NCBI RefSeq assembly: GCF_018336915.1
Contig: NZ_CP064923.1
Location: forward strand, 1,830,001 to 1,862,000
Direction: 5' to 3'
Origin: Acaryochloris marina S15
Lineage (GTDB): Bacteria; Cyanobacteriota; Cyanobacteriia; Thermosynechococcales; Thermosynechococcaceae
Length of the DNA stretch: 32,000 nucleotides
This document shows, one piece after another, positions 15,557 to 23,277 of the stretch. The position numbers and the translations under genes are program-made. The notes under the pieces are model-generated. The model saw only the letters and a program-made list of their open reading frames with translations, was not told the DNA's origin and did not search any database. Every line of letters starts with the position of its first letter. Within the stretch, counting starts at the first letter, position 1.

Positions 15557-17278
15557 TTAGATCTGCACAGTATTGCCATTTAGGCCTTGAAACTCAAAGA
15601 AACCTAGTTCCTCGCGATAGGTCTGTTTGATGTCCCTTAGCATACTGATTGCTAGTTGTTCACCCAATAGGTTTCCACCTGTTGGTATGCCTAAACCGTC
15701 ACGATCTGGTGGGGTATTAACACCAGAGGCAGTACCATCTGTGCGCCAATGCATCCCTGCTGCATCCCGAAACAGGGTAATGTTTGCAATTAATTTGTTT
15801 AACTCTCCATGAATTGTCAAATCTTCTCCGTTGTATGGCATTAAGTCTTGACCCTGAGCGATGGGAATCACTGGGTTTGGAAATGGACCATCTTGGAATA
15901 AAGCTTTGGCAGTAGTGGCTGCGGCTGCGATAAAGACTGAGTGACCACCTGGATACGCGGGATGGGTTGGAGAGCCTTCAGGGAAAGCAATAGGAAGTAA
16001 CCAAGTACCCTCTTGATCAGAACGGCAGTTATTTCTATTTTGTGTCTGGTTATGCGCCAAGATGCGATCCAGCACTTGAGACTGTCTCCATACCTCTGCG
16101 CCTTCTCCAAATAGTTGGTTGAATAAATCGTTGTTGAGTGGGTCGGCTGCAGACGGTGCCAATAAACCTCTGCGGAATAGTTCGAGACGCTGGGCATAAA
16201 CTTCAGGCCTAAGGCGGCGATGGACACACCACTTTTGGAACCAAGCATGTTTTAAGGCATATACAGATGCTAAAGCTGGCTGAATCGTTACGTCTGGGCC
16301 ACCTAAACTCCCAAATGGCTCAGCGGTGGTTATTCCCCCATTTACATAGGGACTTGCGTTGGAGATACCAGTTCCTAAGCCAAGCAAAATAATAGTAGAC
16401 CACAAAGCTGATTGGTAAGGAAAATCGATGTGAACCCATTGCCCTGCATCTCTGAGAGTTATGATACGGCGTTCGCCCACTAAAAGGTCGCTTCCAGTAG
16501 GATCAACATTGCCATTATTGACTTGAAACCAACTATCAAAGTCAGTGAGGTAATCCAGTTTCTTTTGGGGATAGCGCTGTAGTTGTCGAATTGGTTGATT
16601 GCCAAAATCGAAGTCTTGCAGGAGAAACTGAGAAACATGAGGACCGATAGCGCATCCGGTATATGGGCCTCGGAAGACAGTTTGCGGAGTGCATGAAAAC
16701 CCAAATTGTTGTTCAAAGCCTAGGGCATTCAAATCTTGGCAAGCGTCAGCAATTACGGAATTACTGGCATATTGATCAAAAGGGACATCCCGGCATAACG
16801 CCATCCAATAGCGTTCGACTAAGTCAACTGCAGAATTTCGACTGGAGAAAGTTGGCGCTGCAGCCATTCTTGCTCCATTTGAATCATTTCCAATTAATTG
16901 GAATGAATAAGCATTGAGAGGGTTCGCAAGCTTGCGAATACCTCCCCCCAATTGCACGCTTTCGAAGGCATCTTGCGTGCCTGTTTGAATGGCTGAAAGT
17001 AGCGAATTAAAAGATAGTTCTTGGACTAAACCATTGTCATTATGACTTAAAGCTTTCGAAAAAGATGCAAAGCCGGGACGACCAAGAGCCTCATATTTAG
17101 CTTCATCTCCATTTGCGGGTGGTTGCCCTGTTGCGAACTCTGATAGGGCATTGTCACGAGCAAGATCACGGATCTTTCCGACTTTGTGTCGTCTTGTATC
17201 GAAGTCTCGCTCAGATATTACATTAGAGCTTTGATCAGGCTGTGTATCAGAGTCCTGCCCAGGTTGGTAGTTTGTCAT
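15557..17278 (-). CDS. Vanadium-dependent haloperoxidase-like protein (PAP2/acid-phosphatase superfamily; bromoperoxidase-like)
   Basis: The three superfamily motifs are present with correct spacing: KWCVHRRLRPE (K...RP), THPAYPGGHS (PSGH-type) and RDAAGMHWRTD (R-x5-H-x3-D). The protein is large and soluble (~570 aa) with no TM helices, as in algal/cyanobacterial vanadium bromoperoxidases. The tracked ORF extends to 17338; the ATG at 17278 (MTNYQPG...) has a GAGGG motif upstream and is preferred. Confidence 0.8.
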   Translation of the reverse strand: MTNYQPGQDSDTQPDQSSNVISERDFDTRRHKVGKIRDLARDNALSEFATGQPPANGDEAKYEALGRPGFASFSKALSHNDNGLVQELSFNSLLSAIQTGTQDAFESVQLGGGIRKLANPLNAYSFQLIGNDSNGARMAAAPTFSSRNSAVDLVERYWMALCRDVPFDQYASNSVIADACQDLNALGFEQQFGFSCTPQTVFRGPYTGCAIGPHVSQFLLQDFDFGNQPIRQLQRYPQKKLDYLTDFDSWFQVNNGNVDPTGSDLLVGERRIITLRDAGQWVHIDFPYQSALWSTIILLGLGTGISNASPYVNGGITTAEPFGSLGGPDVTIQPALASVYALKHAWFQKWCVHRRLRPEVYAQRLELFRRGLLAPSAADPLNNDLFNQLFGEGAEVWRQSQVLDRILAHNQTQNRNNCRSDQEGTWLLPIAFPEGSPTHPAYPGGHSVFIAAAATTAKALFQDGPFPNPVIPIAQGQDLMPYNGEDLTIHGELNKLIANITLFRDAAGMHWRTDGTASGVNTPPDRDGLGIPTGGNLLGEQLAISMLRDIKQTYREELGFFEFQGLNGNTVQI

Positions 17279-17810
17279 AATTACCCTCAAAGTATGTTCA
17301 AGAAATAGATGTATTTTGCGAAGAATAGATTTCTCCATGAAGAAATTTCTGATGTTTTTATGTGTTAGCCTAGCCTTGGCTTTTATCCCTTTTGTATATG
17401 GAGATTGAGTAGGGTATAGCTAGGTCGAAGTGGTGAAAATCGACCGCTGTCGGGTAAAGAATATTTCTCTTCTTTCCTAGCTAAAAGCATTCTTTATTTA
17501 GTTGAAGCCAGGTATAAGACAGTACACAAAAACTTGAATATTTCTCTTTTTTTAGTGAGAAAAGAGTGATTGATTATTTGTTGACGTAGTTAAGACTTCT
17601 ATGGAATTATCGGTGGTAAATAGTCATTTTACGCAAGAAATAATTTTGTCTGTTGCTGACTGAATTAAGTCGTATTCTCTAGCCATTCATATTGTTTTGC
17701 TGTGATATCCATCGCATGAATTCGTGAGCCACTAGACAGCAAAGCTGTGATCGTTAGCACTGGTATAGCCTGTCTGGGGAATACTAACTGCAGCATTTAT
17801 TCAGACACCT

Positions 17811-19001
17811 ATGTCCTCTACTGATGGTTTACAGTCTTCCGAGTCACTCGCTGATTTAAGAGCATCTGCTGCTAGTGGATCCGTAGAAGCGATGACCCAG
17901 CTCTTAAATCAGACTTTGGCTCATAAGCAGATTGAATCTGAAATTTGGTCGGAAGGAGATGAACTACATGTGTATTTACAAGGAGAACGGTCACCGGATG
18001 AAAAAAGTTCGGTGATGCTGTGCTGCCGTGAAATTATTCAGTGGCATTTGCCGGGAGCACAATTTCTGTTGATATCCGGTCAAGAGGACGGGGCTAGAGA
18101 GTCTTCCTGGTGTTGGCAGTTAAGCTTTTTAACGAGTGATGAACAGATGCCAACACTGCATCAAGCGGCTAATGGAGAGCTATGGCGACGGCCTAGGTTG
18201 GATAAAACGAGTTGGGAGCCAACCCACTCGTCAGATGATCTGTGGGTACCACAATCTATTGAGCCGGAAGGATGGAAAGCGATCGCAGCCGGTATCGTTT
18301 TAGCTCTTCTGATTTTTGCATCTCAACAAGTGACCTTTCTTCTGAGCCCTGTAATCACGTTAATCCATGAGTTGGGCCACACCTTAACCAACTGGATCTT
18401 TGGATATCCGGCGATTCCTGCATTCGATTTTATGCATGGAGGTGGTTTTACGTTCAATGTTGAGCGGATGCCGTTTTTAATTGGTTTGATTTACTGCGGG
18501 TTTGGGTATCTGTTTTATATGTATTGGCAGAATTATTTGACAGCGCGAGTGTTGTTGGGAGTTGCGATCGCATATACGCTTTTTGCGTTCACAGGTATCC
18601 ATGAGTTCTTTGTTGTTGCGATGGGACATGGATTTGAACTAATTTTTGCCGGAATCTTTTTGGCCCGGGCAATCAGTGGATATGCCTGCCGTTATTCTGT
18701 CGAGCGCCCGCTGTATGCCATGCTGGCGGCCTATGTTACCTTCTACGATATTCAATTCAGTTGGCGACTCATTTTTGACCAAACGACTCGTGCTATCTAT
18801 AACCAAGGTAAAGCAGGGATTGATCATGATCTCGTTCGCATTGCTCGGGATGTGTTTAACGTTGATTTGAGCTTAGTGGCAGGTGGGATGTTGTTGGCAA
18901 CGCTGTTGACTCCCTTGGTGATTTGGGGAATGCACCGATATTGGCGATGGATTGTTTATAGTATCAATCGGCTATTTAGTCTGAGAGTGGCTCGTTCCTG
19001 A
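17811..19001 (+). CDS. Polytopic membrane protein with intramembrane HExxH (M50B-like metallopeptidase) and ~160-aa soluble N-terminal domain
   Basis: HELGH at nt 18366..18380 lies at the end of the first predicted TM helix (FLLSPVITLIHELGHTLTNWIFGYP). Several further hydrophobic helices follow. The N-terminal ~160 aa are hydrophilic. Confidence 0.6.
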   Translation: MSSTDGLQSSESLADLRASAASGSVEAMTQLLNQTLAHKQIESEIWSEGDELHVYLQGERSPDEKSSVMLCCREIIQWHLPGAQFLLISGQEDGARESSWCWQLSFLTSDEQMPTLHQAANGELWRRPRLDKTSWEPTHSSDDLWVPQSIEPEGWKAIAAGIVLALLIFASQQVTFLLSPVITLIHELGHTLTNWIFGYPAIPAFDFMHGGGFTFNVERMPFLIGLIYCGFGYLFYMYWQNYLTARVLLGVAIAYTLFAFTGIHEFFVVAMGHGFELIFAGIFLARAISGYACRYSVERPLYAMLAAYVTFYDIQFSWRLIFDQTTRAIYNQGKAGIDHDLVRIARDVFNVDLSLVAGGMLLATLLTPLVIWGMHRYWRWIVYSINRLFSLRVARS

Positions 19002-19220
19002 CTTCATACCTATTAATTCCTTGATCGTTGCAAACAAGACCTTGGTGTTAACCACGATCACAGATGAGACGGAATGGGTGACAGCTTTCTATTGATTTTT
19101 ATGGCAGTAAAAACCTCATTTTCGATCTGGCTGGGATAATCAGGTCAGAGTTATAACCTCGTGCGGATTCAAGACCACATCACTCCCTAGACATTTGTTG
19201 TTTAATCTCTGGAGGCTGTT

Positions 19221-19577
19221 ATGCGTTGGGTTAAGGTTTTGTCGGAAAGCGAACTCGACCAGGGGGAGCGTCAAATCGTTAAAGTTGGGAAAGAAAAGAT
19301 TCTTCTGGTGAATTATGGTGGAATCATTTGTGCAGTTAAGAATGCTTGCCCACATTTAAAAGCCCCACTCAATAAAGGAAAAATTACTGCAGATGGGGCA
19401 ATTGTCTGCCCTCTACATCGGAGTGCGTTTGATCTCACCACGGGGGCACCCAAATCTTGGATTCCCTGGCCCCCAGGGATTGGCAAGCTCCTGGGGGCTA
19501 TCTCCAAGGAAAAGCCATTACAGGTATATCCGACCCGTGTGGAAGAAGGAGATATTTGGGTAGAAGTAGCTGAATAA
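19221..19577 (+). CDS. Rieske [2Fe-2S] domain protein (small, ferredoxin-like)
   Basis: 118 aa. The Rieske ligands are CPH...CPLH (ACPHLKAPLNKGKITADGAIVCPLHRSAF). Confidence 0.88.
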   Translation: MRWVKVLSESELDQGERQIVKVGKEKILLVNYGGIICAVKNACPHLKAPLNKGKITADGAIVCPLHRSAFDLTTGAPKSWIPWPPGIGKLLGAISKEKPLQVYPTRVEEGDIWVEVAE

Positions 19578-19675
19578 ATTTCTAGGTTAGGTTCTCATAT
19601 TTCAGTAACCTAAATTGTGTTGAAAGATAACGGGCTCAATACTTAGCTTGCCAGCTTCTTACACGGGATCTAAAT

Positions 19676-19797
19676 GGGAGCATGTCACCTTTGCAATCTA
19701 GTATTTATACTTATCCCAGAAATCCTTGCTAGTCTTGCTTTCAGACATCAAATTTCTGATTACAAATTTTGTGCATCTGCAAAGGTGACATGCTCCC
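19676..19797. repeat. Perfect 20-bp inverted repeat (GGGAGCATGTCACCTTTGCA / TGCAAAGGTGACATGCTCCC) separated by 82 bp
   Basis: The arms lie at 19676..19695 and 19778..19797 and are exact reverse complements. The element sits in a ~700-bp AT-rich intergenic region between the Rieske gene and the REC-GGDEF gene. Confidence 0.9.
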
Positions 19798-20281
19798 TGT
19801 CGAGTCTATATTGTTTGCTATAGATTTTTTGTGGAGTGTTTTGTTTTTGCAGTATAGGCTGGTTTTCTGAGCCTATTTAATTTGTTTAACCTTATTGAAT
19901 GCTTTTGATTTAGTTGCAATTTCTGTCGTGTAATTTTATTGTTTTCAGAGTCTTCTTGAATTTATAGTAGAGATCGATCTATAAGTTTTTTTGAGTGAGT
20001 ATAGACAGCAGAAAAGTGTAAGCAGTAGTGTTTGAAAATCTAATCATGGCGATTCTGAGAATCGTAATTTTAAATACTGTCGATGTTGTAATTGAATGGT
20101 AAATTCTCTAGCCTATGGTAATTATAAAGTTAAAAGCTTTAGTATAACTTTCGATGAATAGTTAATAACGATCATTGCGTCAAAACTGTTTGAGTCTTAA
20201 AGTGAAAGGAATGGTGAGTAAATAGTTCCTTTTGGGAAATCACCCAGCTATCTATGTGTCATTTTTAATTCAAGGGGGAAG

Positions 20282-21277
20282 GTGGTGCAGCTCAGTGATA
20301 CCCGGATTTTAATGATTGAGGATGATGAGCAGGATGTAGAAATCATCAGAGAATTACTAGAGGGCCGTCATAGTTTCCCTACAGCTCTTGAGCATCGGAG
20401 TTCACTCGCAGAAGGGATAGCTCGACTTCATCATGAACCTGCCGTTGACCTTGTGCTTCTTGATTTATCTTTAACGGATGCCAGTAATCTAGAAGCTTTT
20501 CAACAAATTCAACTGAATTTTCCAGAAATGCCTCTGATCATTCTCAGTGGTAATTTAGATCCATCTAGAGCATTATATCTATTGCAACAAGGTGCACAAG
20601 ATTGTCTATTTAAAGGGCATTTTGATGCTACCATCCTACGTTGCTCAATTCAATTTGCTCTAGAAAGACAGAATCTTTGGTTGGAATTAAGAGAGAAGAA
20701 TAAGGTCTTAGAAAAAATTTCAAAAGAGCTCAAAGTAGCTAACCATAAACTCGAAAAAATATCAGCGATAGATAGTTTAACTCACATCAATAATCGACGT
20801 CGATTTGATTCGATATTTCTGGCAGAATGGATTCGAATGATGCGAGAACAGCAACCTCTATCCCTGATTCTCTGTGATGTCGATCACTTTAAGGCGTATA
20901 ACGACACCTATGGACACCCTGCGGGTGATAAATGTCTACAGCAGGTTGCCCGAGCCCTTTCTGCTGTAGCTAAGCGTTCTGCAGACTGTGTAGCTCGTTA
21001 TGGTGGAGAAGAATTTGTGGTGGTGCTACCTAACACCGATCAAGCTGGAGCGCTTCATGTCGCTGAAACCATTAGATCGGAAATCGAAGCTCTCAGTATT
21101 CCCCATAGCTCTTCCTCTGTCAGTCATTATGTTAGCCTCAGCTTAGGAGTAGCTTGTATCATTCCAAGCAAAGCGATAGCCCCATCTCAGTTGATTGAGC
21201 TGGCAGATCAAGCTCTATATGTGGCAAAAAAACAAGGCCGTAATCGAACTCATACTCTTGAATTGATCCAAACATAA
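20282..21277 (+). CDS. Response regulator receiver + GGDEF diguanylate cyclase
   Basis: The REC domain shows ILMIEDDEQDVEII, the acceptor Asp in VLLDLSLTD, ILSGN and CLFKG. A coiled-coil linker follows, then a GGDEF domain with GGEEF (nt 21002..21016) and an RxxD I-site (RSAD) 5 aa upstream. The start is GTG with an AAGGGGGAAGG ribosome-binding site. Confidence 0.9.
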   Translation: MVQLSDTRILMIEDDEQDVEIIRELLEGRHSFPTALEHRSSLAEGIARLHHEPAVDLVLLDLSLTDASNLEAFQQIQLNFPEMPLIILSGNLDPSRALYLLQQGAQDCLFKGHFDATILRCSIQFALERQNLWLELREKNKVLEKISKELKVANHKLEKISAIDSLTHINNRRRFDSIFLAEWIRMMREQQPLSLILCDVDHFKAYNDTYGHPAGDKCLQQVARALSAVAKRSADCVARYGGEEFVVVLPNTDQAGALHVAETIRSEIEALSIPHSSSSVSHYVSLSLGVACIIPSKAIAPSQLIELADQALYVAKKQGRNRTHTLELIQT

Positions 21278-21359
21278 TTTTTGACTTTTCTTCGGAATTG
21301 AAAGGGGATAACTGGCTGCCTTCTAAATATCTCTTAGGGTGAAAGACATTCTAAGTAAA

Positions 21360-23150
21360 TTAGTGGGCCATAGATGAAGGTTGCATGCTCATATACTGTT
21401 TGAGGGGAAGGGCTCGCTCAAAATGATTTCCCTGGGCATAGTTAATTCCTAGGTTATCTAGTGCGTTAAGGGTCATTTCTGATCTAACTTGCTTGGCGAT
21501 GGTTTTGGAATTCATGACATCAGCTACTCGCTTGATTGACTCTAAAATTCCATGCAATATGGGATCTTCAGTAATACCTTCAACCAGCTCTCCATTGATT
21601 TTTACGTAATCTGCTTTTATAGGTTTCAACTGTTTAAAAGTCTTGAAATCTACACCGAAATCATCTAAAGCAATCTGACAGCCTAACGCTTTAAGGGATT
21701 GTGAAAGTTTCACCGCCGAGGATAAATTTTTCAATGCAACTGATTCTGAAATTTCAAAGCAAAGTTGACTAGCTGGAAAGTCGTATAGATTGAGCTGTTG
21801 TTGGACCAGCTCAGATAGATTTCCCGCCTTACAGGTTGCAGCAGAGAGCTTGATAAAGTAAATAGCCTCAAACTTCTTATGTGCATAAATCTGTGTGTGT
21901 TCTAACAACAAGTGCTCAATCATCCACTGGTCAATCTGAGCCATAAAATCATACTGTTCAAGCATGGGCAGAAACATTTCGGGAGCACAAGCTCGACCGG
22001 ATTGATCGCAGAGTCGCAGTAAAATATCGAAACTCTCTATGCTACTTACTCTATTCAATGAATGAATGGGCTGAACATATAGCTTAAATAGATCGTTTTG
22101 TAATGCCTGGTGTAGCTTGCCCACCCAATGTAATGTTTGGCGAGTGTATAACTCAGACTTAGCATCCCGAATCGTTTGCCAATTGACCTGATGTCGTCCG
22201 CGAGCTTTAGCTCCTATCAATGCTTGGTGCGCAGCTTCAATCAATAAAGAGGGTGCTTCTAGATACCTCGGGACATGGCCTGTGATGCCAAAACTGAGGG
22301 TTGTAGGTTGATGGTGTGAGGTTGAGAGATAATCTGCACCCAGTTTTTGGACTTGAATGCGGATGGCTTCAGCAATGAAGGTTGCTCCCAAAATATCGGT
22401 ATTGGGTAACAAGATCACAAATTGATTTTCACTATATCGAGCGATACAATCTGCTGGACGCTTAATGATGTGGAACATCACCTCAGCGATTTGATGCAAA
22501 ATATGATCTTCCCAGGTTGTAGAAACTGGATCGATCTCAGCTTCAATCGGATCTAGCTCACAGAGAATGAGGGCTAATGGTTGTTCTTCGCGCTGTAGTC
22601 TTTTCCATTCAGATAGGAAAACGTCGTCAAACTGAGTTCGGTTATAAAAATTGGTAAGAGAGTCAATCGTTTCAAGCTTTTTGATCTCAGACTGGGCTAT
22701 TTCTAGTTGCTTTGATAATGCTTGAAGGGCATTATTCTGGAGCTCTAGTTCTAGTTTTTGTTTCTGAATTTCTAAAGCATGTTGAATGGAGTAACACAAA
22801 GCAGAACTATCGAAAGTACCTTTGATTAAGAAATCTGTTGCTCCCTCTTTCAGTGTTTCTTGAACAACGGCTTGGTTTGAATTACCACTCAGAATAATGA
22901 GAGGTTTTTGCGGAAAAGCTTGATGGACTTGATGAAATGTGTCTAAACCTTTAGCGTCAGATAACGTGAGATCTAGTAGGATTAGATCAATAGACTCATT
23001 ATTGTGTAAGAAATTGATGCTTTCCGATAAAGTATGCTTATGTTGAAGTATTAATGGTAGTTGAGGCAAGTTATCTAGAAAACTACGAACGATCTCTGCA
23101 TCCTGTTCGTCGTCTTCAATCATTAAGACATGTGTTTTTGTTGATCGCAT
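21360..23150 (-). CDS. Response regulator receiver + degenerate GGDEF (SENQF) + degenerate EAL; predicted non-catalytic c-di-GMP receptor/adaptor
   Basis: The REC domain is intact (VLMIEDDEQDAEIV, ILLDLTLSD, ILSGN, FLIKG). The GGDEF A-site is replaced by YSENQF (nt 22419..22433) while the RPAD I-site is retained. The EAL signature residues are changed compared with the neighbouring paralog: DIL for E(A/I)L, FIKLS for FINLS, KING for KIDG, and IAKQVRS for IAEYVES. Confidence 0.85.
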   Translation of the reverse strand: MRSTKTHVLMIEDDEQDAEIVRSFLDNLPQLPLILQHKHTLSESINFLHNNESIDLILLDLTLSDAKGLDTFHQVHQAFPQKPLIILSGNSNQAVVQETLKEGATDFLIKGTFDSSALCYSIQHALEIQKQKLELELQNNALQALSKQLEIAQSEIKKLETIDSLTNFYNRTQFDDVFLSEWKRLQREEQPLALILCELDPIEAEIDPVSTTWEDHILHQIAEVMFHIIKRPADCIARYSENQFVILLPNTDILGATFIAEAIRIQVQKLGADYLSTSHHQPTTLSFGITGHVPRYLEAPSLLIEAAHQALIGAKARGRHQVNWQTIRDAKSELYTRQTLHWVGKLHQALQNDLFKLYVQPIHSLNRVSSIESFDILLRLCDQSGRACAPEMFLPMLEQYDFMAQIDQWMIEHLLLEHTQIYAHKKFEAIYFIKLSAATCKAGNLSELVQQQLNLYDFPASQLCFEISESVALKNLSSAVKLSQSLKALGCQIALDDFGVDFKTFKQLKPIKADYVKINGELVEGITEDPILHGILESIKRVADVMNSKTIAKQVRSEMTLNALDNLGINYAQGNHFERALPLKQYMSMQPSSMAH

Positions 23151-23277
23151 TTGCTCCCCCTTAAATGCAACTCTGCATTTAATTAAAAAATTAAAAAGAC
23201 TTGGATTTTATTTTCTTTTTTGTTCAATTTTTTGATGTATTTTTAAGTAAGATACTAATCCTTCCTCACTGGAACGA

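Noticed and set aside
15627-16917. Alternative-frame ORFs within the haloperoxidase-like gene (15627..15812 +, 15868..16248 -, 16480..16716 -, 16663..16917 +).
   Set aside because: The 15557..17278 frame carries all three PAP2/vanadium-haloperoxidase motifs, whereas the others have none.
19578-19620. Weak hairpin (TAGGTTA ... TAACCTA) just after the Rieske gene stop, as a possible terminator.
   Set aside because: It has only a 7-bp AT-rich stem with a 16-nt loop and no clear U-tract, which is not strong enough to call.
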